From NCBI GenBank assembly GCA_964106915.2, contig OZ066914.1: DNA of 64,000 nucleotides; one strand, given 5' to 3'. Of this stretch, positions 25,639-39,606 are shown one piece after another. The notes beneath the pieces were generated by a model, which saw only the letters and a program-made list of their open reading frames with translations, searched no databases and was not told the DNA's origin. The DNA is from Podarcis gaigeae. Lineage: Eukaryota. Position numbers and translations under genes: made by a program. Each line of letters opens with the position of its first letter. Position 1 is the first letter of the stretch.

Positions 25639-25764
25639 CTAAGCTTTGGAATCTTCTTGTACGTAGAGCTGAGAAATGGTCTTCTTAATGCGAAGCGCTG
25701 TCAGTCGAGCTGCCCCATTGGCGTACCAGCACTCACGCATGATCCGGCCCATTACTCTGAGTGC
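25639..25764 (-). CDS. ACVR1C: ACVR1C exon 9, last coding exon ([41 protein letters not shown])
   Basis: Manual translation matches the ALK7 C-terminus; ttctcaag|GCA acceptor; TAG at 25641-25639. Confidence 0.97.
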   Translation of the reverse strand, partial: ALRVMGRIMRECWYANGAARLTALRIKKTISQLYVQEDSKA

Positions 25765-27143
25765 CTTGAGAAAAGAGCAAAAGCAGAGTAAGAAGAGCAC
25801 ATCCATGGTTGTCGCAGTGCTTTGGCATGAAAATTGCCAGCAGGAACAAGACGGTGTCAGAATGTGCGCATATATATATATATATCATAAACACACGTTG
25901 TTGTATTTGAACTTGGAACCTTTCTGCTCATGCAACAAGACTGTGCTGCCTCCTCCTCCTCCTCCTCCTCCCCGCAGGTCCCTGCACCCCTGAAGAAGTG
26001 CTCCTGAGGGGCTGGGAGACCTGATAGGAACACCATGGCAGGGCAAAGAGGGCTGCAAGGAGGAAAGGGGGAAATCAATGGAAATTGGGGGGGGGGGGCT
26101 TGCAAAAGAACTTCTGCTCATGCAAATACGCTTTAAATGGGGTTATACCATTGGGGTGGCAAGTTCTATAGGGAGTATATCCGCAATCACTACTGTTGTG
26201 CATGTTTTGATATAATTCCTCAAGTTTACTGTCAGTAGTTAACTTTTTTTTAGACCATCACCAAAGCTCAAGGTCTGTCTGGAAGCCATGCTTTTGACGA
26301 AAGACCAAAATTCTTTTGAGCAGTAAGCCCCTGTGTGCTTGGTGCAATTAACTTTTTAGTATATAGGATTTTGCTGGAAATCCTAGATATATTTTTTTGT
26401 GGGGTGCAGGTATTTGATTCTTGACACCTGATTGAAGCACTACATTCAATACTCTTTTATCCCAGAGTTAAGCCTGTGCTGGGGAGCCAAGAGCTGCATT
26501 CTCTAGGCAAAGGGTGGTTGGGGGGGTCACCTGATGAGCTGCATATAAATATTATTATTATTATTATCATCAGACTGGGTTGCCTCAGCCACTCTGGGTG
26601 GCTCCCAACAAAATATTAAGAACAGAATCAAACATTAAAAGCTTCCTTATACAGGGCTGCCTTCAGGTTTCTTCTGAAAGTGAAATACTTGTTTATTTCC
26701 TGGACATCTGATGGGAGGGTGCCACTACTGAGAAGGCCCTCTGCCTGGTTCCCTATTGGGCAAAAAGTGGGTGGGACTAAAGGAAAGGTAGCTGGGACAC
26801 CGTTTTTCTCTCTTCTTCACACGTACTCTCTTAAACCCACCCACCCACCGACACTCAAACTCTTCCCAATTCTTTCATCATCCATGCATTTTCTCTCTCT
26901 AGGTTTGGAGGGCTGCATCGAAGGAAAGTCACATGATGTCCACCTGTGGATTAAACTCTGGCATTTGAAAAGCCTCTAGGGGTGAACTGCGCCTCACATT
27001 GAGCCCATTTACTTAACCAGACAGGTATATGCAACCATTTGAGATGGTAAGTTTTCATATTTTAGTTGTTAAAAACATGCACTTTTAAGATACACAGTAA
27101 AAGTTGCAGTTCAAAGAAGGTGGGAAGCAAGAGAAAATGTTAC

Positions 27144-27274
27144 CTCACAGCTTTGCCACTGATTTGGGATATTTGGTCTATGTTTTTGCTCACAGACTAC
27201 TTTTCTCATATCTTCTATTGAAGGATCAGAAGGCACAGCATCATAGTAAGGTAACTGGTACTCCTCAACAATTC
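27144..27274 (-). CDS. ACVR1C: ACVR1C exon 8 ([44 protein letters not shown])
   Basis: Within ORF 27111..27386; ttctag|GA acceptor, GAG|gtaaca donor; 131 nt. Confidence 0.97.
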
Positions 27275-28731
27275 CTAGAAGAGGAATGTGGTAAAAATAT
27301 AAATTTACTAGGGGACTTTCAGTTGTTATGGGAGCAAAACATGGACAGATGTAGTACAGAAACAGCTTCCTGGCAAACCTGGGCAAATATCCATTGTGTC
27401 AGCAAATATGTTCTTGATAACATTGTGCGTTTTCCAAATGCTTTGGTAAAAAAAAAAAATCTGTAAAGCTGCATCCTTGAAGCATTCAGAAACTTATTTT
27501 CATTCAGGGCTACATGGGAAAGTCCTTGAAATTGCCGGCAATCATTCCTGTCAAACTAACTCTGCGGTACCCACAATTCTTTCTGTCAGCTTGTTAAGGG
27601 CAGGTGAAGACCCAATATGGGCTAATACAACTCTGGCTTGGATCCAAAGAATGAGAAATGAAAGGAGATGATGCTTTTCAGTGGGGGAAATGTAATAACG
27701 CAACCTATTATATAATGCAATATGACAACCCCTTATGTTGGAGCCGTAGCCCAGCTCTATGGTTTTACAATCCAGTGGGGGATGAGGAAGGGATCCCGAG
27801 GGCCATCTGGTCCTACCCTTTGCAATGCAGGAATCCTGTCCACAGGATTGAACCCCAACCTTCCAGTTAATAGCCAGATGCACAGACCTAGAAGTCTCAA
27901 AGACGAAAGAAAGCCTTGCACTTGAGCTAGATGCAGGCCTGTGGTTGTGGAAGAGTTTGGGGGTGTTTGTGTGGAGTTCATTTATGCTGTGCTTTAATTA
28001 GCAGGGTAATGTGTTTGATGCAGGAAATCTTGGTCAAGTTGGGTAACCTTAAGTGACAGCTAAGATAGGGTTGGAGATTGAACTCTCAGTATGCAAAAGG
28101 AGGATAGAGAGCATTCACATTGCGGTGGAGGGCTGCAGGTTCCGAATTCCACGATAGATGGTGTGATGGGCTGGGACTAGACTAAGGGGTGGCAGAAGAA
28201 GTGTCTATATGTTTGGGTGCTGGTTGGTCCATGTGGGTTTGTGCTGGTGTTCTTGGTTGGCAGTCAGAAGAAGAAGACAGCAAAGAGGAAGAGGATCAAG
28301 GAAGAAGAAAGGAGACCTGAGAGGGAAGACAAAGTGGTTTGATGGCTGAAGACTTGCTGGGGTGGGTAGCTGAATCACTTGAATGGACAGGGAGAACTTG
28401 TCTACAGGGGTGTCTACAGAGTTGGGAATGCTGGGCTCTGGTGCCTGGTAGAAGTTCCAGAGGAAGGTCTTCCAAGACAAGACAGCAGAAACAGACCCAC
28501 ACTTCATTAGGTGAGTAGGGGTTAAAACAGAGGCTTCAACAAAAGTCCTCAGTCACAGTGTTGAGGGCTTAATTAACAAGGGCAATTGCCAAAGTCTGTC
28601 TCGTATTAGTAATAGTAGTGTAAATTGAGCTGTTGGTATTGAAAGTGACAGTAACAAATTAGCAAAGTGTGTAATTTGAAGCTTGCACACTACGCAATCT
28701 TACTATATTCGACAATATTAACATTTATTTA

Positions 28732-29515
28732 TGGTGCCCCGCAAGACGAAAGGGTTTTCCGATTTTTAGCGGCTTCGCAAGACGAATTTCCCCATGGGCT
28801 TGCTTCGCAAGAATAAAGCCCATAGGGAAATCTCCGGAGACAGCGGGGAAGCGCAGCATGCCTTCTCCTCTGTTCCCGGACCTGTCTTCCTCCCCACCGC
28901 CAACATTCAGAAGGCTGTTCTGAAGGCTGGCGGTGGGAAGAAAAGCCCTTCTCCCCCGCCAGCCTTCAGAAGAGTTCCCGCAGGGCTGCCTAGGCTGCGG
29001 ATAGCAGCCTGCTGCCCCGCGTGAGGGGCGCTCTTAAGCAGAGCGCCCCTCGCGCGGGGCAGACATCTGCAGCTACCCCTATCCGCAGCTTGGAGAGCCC
29101 TGCGGGGAAGTCCTGCAGGGCACCCCAAGCTGCGAATGTCTGCCCCGCGCGAGGGGTGCTCGGAAGCAGAGCGCCCCTCGCGCTGGGCAGCAGGCTGCTA
29201 TCCGCAGCCTAGGCAGCCCTGCGGGAACTCTTCTGAAGGCTGGCGGTGGGAGAAGGGCTTTTATTCCCACCGCCAGCCTTCAGAAGGCTGTTCTGAAGGC
29301 TGGCGGTGGGGAGAAATGTCCTTCTCCCCCCGCCAGCCTTCAGAGGAGGTCCGGGGACAGACTGTCCCCGGACCTGGTCTGAAGGTGGTCTCCATAGGAA
29401 TGCATTAATTGATTTTCAATGCATTCCTATGGGAAACTGTGCTTCACAAGACGAAAAACTCGCAAGAAGAAAAAACTTGCGGAACGAATTAATTTCGTCT
29501 TGCGAGGCACCACTG
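28732..29515. mobile_element. Tigger/pogo-like non-autonomous DNA transposon with a large internal GC-rich inverted repeat
   Basis: Right TIR TTCGTCTTGCGAGGCACCACTG|TA; left TIR TGGTGCCCCGCAAGACGAA lacks the first CAG; internal arms ~28890-29070 and ~29130-29313. Confidence 0.8.
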
Positions 29516-30182
29516 TAACTATATACAACTGGCTTTATCCCATAGCTACCAGGATTACTGGTAAGTTAAGGGTACAAGTGATATTAAAAGGTAGCAGAAG
29601 TACAGGTGCAGGAAAACTATTGGGCGTGGAAGTTGGATTTGTTTAAGGAAGAAATACCCTCTTTCCCACCACAGGGAACCACCTAGGAAAGGCTACAGAA
29701 GTTTGACTCAGGACAACAATCAAATCGTAAATGGCTTCTGGTTTTCACCAATCCTGAAGCAGCAGCTGAATGGCCTACTGGGATGTCATTTTATTAACTT
29801 CTTAAATTGATATACTGCCCTTCAACCAAGGATCACTGTTCTCTTTATGCTTGCATTTTAGACATATGATATTTGTAACTCAATGCTCTTCTGTTATTAC
29901 AATGCTACATTTTGTAAGCTACTTACCTGGTGAAAGAAGGTATATGTTCTTAAAATTTAATTAAAGTACCAGTTGTGCAATTTCCTATTCTCCAGTCTCC
30001 CCCACTATTCCTTTCCTCCTCACCACCGATTATTTCTGTCACTCATAAGTCACCTTTAAGCAGTGTTATTTGTCTAGAAAAAAGAGCTGCCCTTCTTTTA
30101 TAATGGCAATGGTGCACAACTGAGAGGTGCCAGAAAAAAACCCTGCCTTTAGGCATTATTCATGTGAGGGAGCATCACACTA

Positions 30183-30248
30183 CAGTGGTACCTCGGGTTA
30201 AGAACTTAATTCATTCCGGAGGTCCGGTCTTAACCTGAGGTACCACTG
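30183..30248. mobile_element. 66-bp deletion derivative of the Tigger-like MITE
   Basis: TA|CAGTGGTACCTCGGGTTAAG...CTTAACCTGAGGTACCACTG|TA. Confidence 0.88.
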
Positions 30249-30545
30249 TATGTCTAGGACACAAAGCACCCCCATCCCTGCAACGAAGAGGATCTTCTTC
30301 AGATGCCTGCATTGGTACGGCTAGTCGCATGTGATGCTACAGTAGCATAGCAGTGCTCCCTGGTCATAGTGTGAGACCCTTCTTCCCATGTGTAACACTA
30401 CAACCCCTATTCCTGTGTTAGAAACTGCACTGAGTGCCAAGCAAACAGGATGAAACATGTCCCTGTTTTTATGCTATCTAAGAATTGTTTTAAAACACAA
30501 TGGCAGGTGTCTGGAGCATTAAAAAGAGAGAGAGATAGGTTATAC

Positions 30546-30670
30546 CTCCAACTGAGCATCTTCGGGATATCTCCCAGTACACCAGCCCAAGAGAGTAGAT
30601 ATCTGCACGCTTGAAGGACTCGAAGATACTTATGTTCATCGTGTCATCAAGTATTTCTGGAGCCATGTAC
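30546..30670 (-). CDS. ACVR1C: ACVR1C exon 7 ([42 protein letters not shown])
   Basis: Within ORF 30490..30708; kinase APE motif; tttgaaag|G acceptor, G|gtataa donor; 125 nt. Confidence 0.97.
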
Positions 30671-31932
30671 CTTTCAAATACAGAGATACCAAAACTCATA
30701 TTTACCAAAGAGGTAGAAAGGGGTGTGTTTAGTTAACTAGGATTAAAATTAAGGGACAACAAATAAAAATGAAATACAAATGTGGTCTTTTTAGAACACT
30801 GAACTTGCTTGAGAGAAAGCAGAAGATTCGAGGCATTCTTGTTAGGTCTCCCAATTCCTGGGAGTTGGTCTTCAGCCCTTCTTATGAGATCAACATTTAT
30901 GTATTATGAAAACATTACGAAGGGAGGCAGGATCTCAGTAACTGATCCTGATCCCTTGGACCTGTGCACATTGAGTAGACCATGAGAACAGTACTGCCTA
31001 GTTTGTACATCACACTAAGTCAAACCATGGCTGTCAAAGAAGCCACTTCATTTGTACCTGGCAGTTCTACGGTAGCACTGTGCTGAACTAAGCCATGACT
31101 TGACTTAGTGTATTGTCTGAACCTGGGCTCATGCGTTAGCTCTCTCCAAATCAACCATGTGCAAAACTAAGGTTTTTCCTATGACTTACAGCTTATGATT
31201 TGTCCATGAGATTGGGTTCAGGTGACACAGTAAAGCAAACCTTGAGCTCAAGTCATCTTTAAGCAACTGCAGGAATCCTAGTCTATTTGCTTCTCCTGCT
31301 GCCCTCCACAGCACAGGAAACAGCGAGGGCAAACTGCAAGCTGCATTAACCTGCTGTTTAGCACTGCATGGGGTTTTTCCCTTTCTTTTAACAAAGCAGC
31401 TCCAGAGCTGGGCCTGTCAGGAGGGAAGCTCCGACTGGCACACTACAGCTTTTCTTTGAGGGGAACTTGGTGTGGGGGGGAGGGTTAATTCCACCCTACC
31501 TGATTGTCCTGTCCCTGCCCTCAGTGGCTGCTATTTTAAAAGAAATCATGCACGCACGCACAGCAGTAACATACACATATTTTGCAATGTGCCATTTGGC
31601 CGTAATAAAGGCAGATATGCAGCGAGACTTGAGTAATACAACATTAATTTTTGAAGGATTCTTGGCCACTGGTATCTTGATTCTCATTTGCCTAGTTACA
31701 CATGTTGCTGCATGTCGTGTGGACAAATTTGAGTGAGGGCAATGAGACCGTGAAACATATTTCACCCCGTTTCACCAGACCCTTCAAATATCTCTGAAAC
31801 AAACTGAGGATGGGGCAACATTTCACAGGGGAAAAGGTTTTGGGTTTTTTGCCATATGCATGTATAATTCCAACTCAACCCTCTTTGGGTGTGAAACATT
31901 TAATGGGAAATATTACAAGCATACTGACTTAC

Positions 31933-32089
31933 CTCTTGGTTCCCACTCTAGTATTCTGAGGTATGTCAATTGTGTTTAACAAAGAGTCATGCTTGACAGC
32001 CAGTCCCAGGTCAGCAATGGCACAGGTTTCATTCCTTTTGACTAAAATGTTTTTAGATTTCAGATCTCTGTGGGAAATGGCTGGTTTGC
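31933..32089 (-). CDS. ACVR1C: ACVR1C exon 6 ([53 protein letters not shown])
   Basis: Absent from the ORF track; manual translation gives the HRD catalytic loop, DLG and GTKR motifs; cgcag|GC acceptor, AG|gtaagt donor; 157 nt. Confidence 0.97.
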
Positions 32090-33092
32090 CTGCGAAGCAC
32101 AAAAAAATATGCCCACAATGTCTTTACGTTACCCACTGATATATTTAACAGAAACGTTTATTCCCTTTACATGTATATATCTATCAACACTGTGGGATGT
32201 GATCCATAAGTAGCAGTCAAGTACAACATTCCTTGTTTTCCTAGAGTGGACATGCAGGGGAATGTTTGGGTCAGCCAGCTGAAAACTTCCTGTTTCCTCC
32301 TGGCTGGGGCATACTTCCTTTGCATGTGACCTTATCTGCCCAGGTAACAAAAGGGCAAGTCATGCAGCACACTCTCTCTCTTTGACTTCCTCCATCGTTG
32401 GAGCAGCTTTTTACCTAGAAATGCTCTGTTGGCTGCCAACAGGAAACACTGGGATTGTCCCCATATGGGATACACCCACACGTATATACTTTGTAACTAA
32501 GTCTGCTTTCAGGGATCCAACTGTGAACTGATGATGTGAGTAAACTAAGTCAAGATTGTGGCATGTTTATTCTATGAAGAGTGATATAAGGGGAATCTAA
32601 GAGTAAGAGGCTTAAACAAGTCTGCAACCTGTTATCTGCTGTGCGTTTAAAAGGGGGAATGTAAAACTCTGCTAAGTAAAGGAACTTGCTAATGCAAGTT
32701 AGGAAGACTATTAGAAAACAATATATCCTCTCCTCCCTCCCTAAACATTCCCACAAACACAGTTGCTTCACATCCATATACCTCTCCCCACTTCTTCAAT
32801 GTAAATTTTAATTTTGTGTTGGGGAGAGGGGAGTGAAAGGCAATTTCCCCACTAATATTAATATTTAGGCACCCACTCCCTCATTTATATTAAAAGCGTT
32901 GGAATTTTTTGTAAACACGTATCTACCAAATGTACTGTGCTCATTTAATACACAAAGATGACAGAGAAGGGGCAGAAATAATCATGATTCAAACAAATCC
33001 TGGTTCACTCACTTCTCCAACATTCATCCAAGTCATCTTCTGCCCGAAGTGAGCTTAATATGAAGGTAACTGCATAAACATAAACATATTAC

Positions 33093-33260
33093 CTTGAGTG
33101 CCAACGATCTCCATGTGAAGATGGGCTAAGCCACTCGCTATGGAAAATGTCATCTTGATCATCCCGTTGGCTGTTACAGTGTTGTTGTTTAAGTAGTCAA
33201 ACAAAGAACCTTGGTCGTGGTATTCTGAGACAAGCCACAGCTGAGTCCAAGTCCCATTAT
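33093..33260 (-). CDS. ACVR1C: ACVR1C exon 5 ([56 protein letters not shown])
   Basis: Within ORF 33055..33282; L45 loop DNKDNGTW typical of ALK4/5/7; ccacag|AT acceptor, G|gtaata donor; 168 nt. Confidence 0.97.
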
Positions 33261-35918
33261 CTGTGGAGAGACATAACTGCATTTAACAATAAGTAGCAGT
33301 AGAGCACAGCAACCCTCAAAGGTGAAAATATTTTCTAAAGGTATTCACATTGCAAGGCCCGTTTATTTTTGCAACGGAATATTTGGCAATGCAGAAAATA
33401 AGAAGAGCCCTGCCAAATCAGGCCCAAGGTCCATCTAGTCTTGCATCCTGTTCTCACAGTGACCAGTGAGATGCTTATGGGAAGCCCAAACACAGGACAT
33501 GAGTACAACAGCACTCTGATCCCCATAAATTGGCATTTAGAGAAAGCCCCAGGGCCTCCAACAGTGAGTGAGAACAAAGTGAATATGGCCAGCAGCCTTG
33601 GTAGCCTTCTCCTTCTCCACGAATTTTGTCTCATCCTCTTTTGAAGCCATCCAAGCTGGTAGCCATCACTACTTCTTCTGGAAGCAAATTTCATGGTTTA
33701 AGTATGCACTGTGTGAAGAAGGACTTTCTTTGGGCTGCCCTGAACCTCTCAATGTTCTGCTTCATTGGATGATCCCAAATTCATGTCCCCAAGTCACTCT
33801 TCCTTATACATAAGAGTTGCAAATGTTTTAACCTTTCCTCACAGCAGAATTTCTCCATCCCCTTTTGGTTGCCGTTTTCTGACCCCATTTCAACTCTACA
33901 GTATCCTTTTTAAGATGAAGCAACCAGAACTGTACACTGTAGGAAAAGTTTAATTCATGCCAGAATGGAATTTCACACTAAAAAGCTGCAATCTCCAACA
34001 CACTTACTAGGGCATAAGTCCCACTGAAGATGGTGGGGGCTTATTTCCAAGTGAACATGCATAGGACTGTGTTGCAAATCTTATTTTGTAAGCCACATAG
34101 CAAGGAAATCACTGGTAAAGATCCACTTGTCATTAGAAGAAGAGGAGGAAGTTTCAAGGCTGGACTCTTGAGCTGCCTGCAGCCCATCTGTCTCATTTGC
34201 TTGAGTCCTCAACAGGACCTGAATTGTCATGAGGAATGTCATCTATACTAATCATCTGTTTAGAAAATATCTTTAAAAATCTGTTGATATGCCTTTTTTT
34301 ATAGGGCATGTGTGTGATGTCTCCTAAGGTGTTCAAGAGAATGGATGCTAGTTCCCCCCCATCCCGATAGGAAATTACAGCTACAACTAGCTGCATATTC
34401 TAGTAAAGTATCTGAGATAGTTGGGTCAGCAGTCATATGATTGCTGGAAAATGTGAGACAAGCACCAGCATAGGATTAAAATGTATGAAAGAACAGAAAT
34501 TACAAATGAGCTCCAAGAGTTCAAGTTTGGAAAACTGCTAATATAATAATATTGTGCAAGATTAATAACCATAATGCATGGCACCCTTTAGTAATGGGCA
34601 CTGTCTTGCACCTCAAGTTGCAATTATTCCACACTTGTATCAGATCAGAGCATTACTTCTGTACTCATTATCCCCACAAAGGCAAGCATCCTTGTCCTTT
34701 GAAATCAATGGGCTTAACAGCATGCTGCATTGTGAAAGCTATAATGATGTATTAAAAAATGCCAAGTACCACAATGAATGGACTTAAAATACGGATAGTT
34801 GTTTGTTTTGCAATTTAACTTTAAATGTAATCAAAAATAGACTTTCCGACCTTCCTAAATCTCTTTTCCTTGCCATATTTTAATGATGGACACTGATATT
34901 TCAATACTTTAGTGAGATTGCTTTATTGTGTATTTTAATCCTTTTGTATGTTTAATGTATGTATTTTAACAATGCTGTGTGATTGGTTTCTATATTTTGT
35001 AATATTTCAGCATTCAGAGGTATACAAATTAATAAATAATTATAATTAAACTACTTGTGTCCCCCCCACCCTCTGCCAAAATCTGGAATGGTACCCTTGT
35101 CTTCACACCTGTTTTCTAATTAATTGGGTTGCTATAAACCATTTAAAATGTTCCCAGCAGAATGTAGAACTACAGTTCCGTGGAAACCAAAACAATCAGG
35201 TCTCGATTCCCATGCTCTCATATTTAATTTAAATTATATGTTTCTATAATTGTTTGGCATCCAATATAGTGTATCATGCCAGTGTGCTGTAGTGATCAGA
35301 GCGTTGGACTGAGAGCGTGGAGAGACAGATTCAAATCCTTGGCTCACCCTTTCTCAGACCAAACTACCTCACAGGGCTATTGTGAAGATCAAAGGGGAAC
35401 ATATGTGATATGCTGCCTCGAGCCCCTTAGAGGAAAGGCAGGATATAAATGCAATAAATAAATAACAAGGAACACCATAAAGACATTAAATTAAAAATCA
35501 AATGCTCACACACTGTTAAACACACTGATGAGACACACTAACAGCACCTCAGTGGGAAGCAATACTAATAACAGCACCAAGGGTAGTGCTAAAAGCCACC
35601 ACCCATGGAAATTAGTGGGGGAGAAACTAAATACAGCAAATCAAACCAGATCTCCTGCCCAAAGCCCTGTGCATAGAGGATATCAACAAAAGCAAGATTG
35701 CCATGTTTAAGATACATGCACAGGGAAATCCTTTTCTCTTTATAACTACTGAAACTCCATTGGTGAGGGAATCCTGGAAAGTGCATACAATGAAGATCTC
35801 AGGGGTGGGGAGGCTTGTACAGGAGTATAAACAGAGTGGGACTACACTTGGCATCACATCATCCAAATCATAATAAACCAGGCTTTCTTAAAGAATATAA
35901 CAACACAGGGCTAATCTA

Positions 35919-36224
<306 letters not shown>

Positions 36225-36474
36225 TTAACCCTCCCTCCAATAATTACCACTGCTCTACAATACGTGCAATATATACGCAGAGGCAATCTTCAATTTGTGA
36301 AATCCACATTTTCTTGTAATCAGTGGCAAAACTCCCATTGTTTTTGGTACAGCTGGATCGCTCTTTGGTTGCAATCTATCCATCTAATAGCAAACCCAGA
36401 TGGCAAGTGCCAACAGGCTTGGATCCAAAATGGGCTTTCTGGTACTGAGGAATGCTTGTTGTGGCTATCACACA

Positions 36475-36521
<47 letters not shown>

Positions 36522-37601
36522 TCAATATCATGGGATCGTCTCAGTCAGGACCAGCAGGTCATAGCTGATATCTCATATTAAGCATAAGGTTATCAGTTGT
36601 TGCCGTCCCAAATTTTGTGTTATGCCACGTTCCCCTTGGCAACCATTTTGTGTTATGCTATGCTTTCCTCATAGCAGCTATTTTGTGACTGGTGCCCCCA
36701 GCACTCTCTCAAAATTTGAAATATGCCACTGGTCCAAAAAGGTGGATGACCCCTGCTTTACAGTATGCCATTTTCAACCCAAGGGCAACAGGGCCAACTA
36801 GCAGCCCACAGGCATAGTCTCACCTCAGAAGCAAACTTGATCTGGCCCTCCTGAGAATGACACACTAGAAAAGGAGAATGAATTACCAACAGCAGATTTA
36901 ACCCTTGATTATTAGATAACTTGGGGGATAATGTCATAACCTTACAGATGGAAAATAAAAGTAGTCCCTGAGAATGACAACGGCACTGTTCAAAGATATC
37001 AGATAACAATGACATGAGTATCATCACTTCTGTTTTGTGAACAATTGATAGATCAGCCCTGTCTAAGGCCAGGACTTCAGGACACTCTGCTTGGAAGAAA
37101 TTAGATTTCAGCCCCAGTGTCTTCACTTCACATAAGGCATGGTGTTAAGCAAGAAGATTAATCTAAATCTACACTTATTTCAAAACAGTTTTAAAGTTTC
37201 TGGCTCAGGAAACACCCAGGAATTGTCAGCATGGGCCTGACCTTTGAAGCCAAAACATTTGTCTTTTGCAGACATACAAAGAATAGTCTGGAAATGCTGC
37301 AGAGACTTCGGCTGCTATAGCTTGACAAGTCTTCAACCTCTTCCCCATTTGGCTTGCGGTCAGATATTGCTCAGAATATCAAAGATGGCACTTTTCCCCT
37401 GGCAAACTTTAGCTCTCAGTGGAGAAAGACACAGAATATGCTGAAGTAAATAGTATCTCTCAGAGTGGTGAATGGCACTATTTAGCGGGAAGAAACTCCA
37501 ATGAAAATCCTCTTTATTATATATTTTTACATGGCTGTTTATCTGTGTATATTTTAAAATTTTATATATGGATGTTTTATGATGGCCTGTATTTGTAATG
37601 C

Positions 37602-37947
37602 GGTGGCGCTGTGGATTAAACCACAGAGCTTAGGGCTTGCCGATCAGAAGGTTGGCGGTTCGAATCCCCGCGACGGGGTGAGCTCCCGTTGCTCGGTTCC
37701 TGCTTCTGCCAACCTAGCAGTTCAAAAGCAAATCAAAGTGCAAGTAGATAAATAGGTACCGCTCCGGCGGGAAGGTAAACGGTGTTTCCGTGCGCTGCTC
37801 TGGTTCGCTAGAAGCGGCTTAGCCATGCTGGCCACATGACCCGGAAGCTGTACGCCGGCTCCCTCAGCCAATAAAGCGAGATGAGCGCCACAACCCCAGA
37901 TTCAGTCACAACTAGACCTAATGGTCAGGGGTCCCTTTACCTTTACC
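37602..37947 (+). mobile_element. Sauria SINE, nearly full length
   Basis: tRNA-like A/B boxes (TGGCGCTGTGG, GGTTCGAATCC), characteristic body, (ACCTTT)n tail; TSD TATTTGTAATGC. Confidence 0.93.
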
Positions 37948-38644
37948 TATTTGTAATGCCTAATAAAGGTTTGGCAAAGTAAGTAAGTAAGCAAGCTGAA
38001 GTCAGATGAACATTTCTAAAGCCATCGTCACCTTTCAGGGAACCCTTACCTGGAACGTCCCAAGTTTTATCATGCGGGGGGGGGGGCACATACTTTTTCC
38101 ACATAGTACACCAATTCTAAGCAGCAGCCTTACTAACTGCATTTCAGGGTGTTTTTCCCCCATGTTACTTATTTGAATAGTCACACATGTGTTGGGAAAG
38201 ATTAACATTCTCCAGATGGTTTCATGTGCATGCATGTCTTTTATGAAACAGACTGCATGAAACACATCTTGAGAAGAAGGCATGCCTCACTCTAACAGAG
38301 AAGCTACACAAAACTGCCCCGGTCATTATGCAATATTGATTCTTAATGTTGCTATGGCCTTCGGGTTAATACAATAAACTATTTGGTTTGCATTTTTAAT
38401 GTCTAGCTGTGACACCTGTTCTTTGCATAGCTGTAAACACAATGCAGCTGCGTAACAGACGCCAGATTAAAAGCATTTTTTCTACTTGCACTTCCAAATA
38501 CCAGGAGTATGCCTCACCCCCTTGGCTTCCCATTTTCAGGCTCTTCCAGAGAGATTTTTTAGCACTGTGCCTCTTGGAATATTACCTTAATCTGCTACAC
38601 ATCATGGGAAATTCCAACAGAATCCACAGCGCACACTCACATAC

Positions 38645-38890
38645 CAGATCCAGAACCTGATGTCGTCATATCATAAATCAGATCTTTGAGAGTCTTCCCT
38701 GGGTTCACCAGACTGCATTCCGACAGAGGCTCTTCAATGTTCTGTCTTCTTTTCTTCCTGAATCTGCAGTTGTTGCCTTGATGTGTGCACAGAGTCAGCA
38801 TTAAAGCTATAGACAAGACACATACTGGTACAGTTATAACCACCGTCAGTTCCACAGGGCCCAGTTTTGATTTCCTTGCAGCCTCTGGAC
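38645..38890 (-). CDS. ACVR1C: ACVR1C exon 3 (juxtamembrane, transmembrane helix, [10 protein letters not shown] box)
   Basis: [32 protein letters not shown]...[13 protein letters not shown]; tttttaag|GT acceptor, G|gtatgt donor; 246 nt, symmetric phase 1. Confidence 0.96.
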
Positions 38891-39164
38891 CTTAAAAAGA
38901 CACAAACCAAAATCTGTCAAATCCACTATGCTCTCAAAGAAGCATGTAAATGTACTTTTTTATATAAAAAAAAACAACAACTGGAAGTGACAACAAAGAT
39001 TGACATTATATTGAGAAAGTTGAGAACGTAGCTGTCTTGGTTATCGAACTCCATGGTCACATCCATACCGTATGTTTAAAGCGCATGGTTTCCCTGAAAA
39101 AACTTGGGAACTATAGTGTGTTAAAGCAGCTTGGAATTGTAGCTCGGGGGGGGGGGAAACTACA

Positions 39165-39587
39165 GTTTGATATGATACGATATCTTTATTATCATTGTCC
39201 CATACAGAACAATGAAATTGAAAATCTACATAAGACATTCAAAAACCCCTAAAAACTCTGAAACCCCATTTTAAAATATACAATAGAGACCCCTTATACT
39301 GCTTTTAGAACCAGAATTGCATTTGGGTAGAAACTGTTTCTGAGGCGGCTAGTCCTGGTCTTTATAACCCTATACCTTCTTCCAGAAGGCAGAAGCTGAA
39401 AGAGATCATTTCCGGGGTGCGTACTATCCTGTGCTATCTCTGCAGCTTTCAAATGGCACCTGACAGAATAGATTTGATCTAAGGTGGGAAGAGTGCACCC
39501 AATTATTCTCTCTGCAGTCTTTACAACCCTGGACAGCATTGTTTTTTCCCTGGCCGTGCAGCTCCCAAACCACACACACAGTATTCT
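39165..39587 (-). mobile_element. Rex1/Babar LINE 3' fragment
   Basis: VWFGSCTAREK..LSRVVKTAERIIG..LP..HPGNDLFQLLPSGRRYRVIKTRTSRLRNSFYP is a typical Rex1 C-terminus; AATAAA and short tandem tail. Confidence 0.85.
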
Positions 39588-39606
39588 TTGCAAAGATTGT
39601 TAAAGG

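Noticed and set aside
27757-28507. Endogenous viral (hepadnavirus or env-like) coding remnant suggested by hydrophobic ORFs
   Set aside because: No diagnostic motif in the frames I translated; the hydrophobicity comes from purine-rich low-complexity sequence on the other strand.
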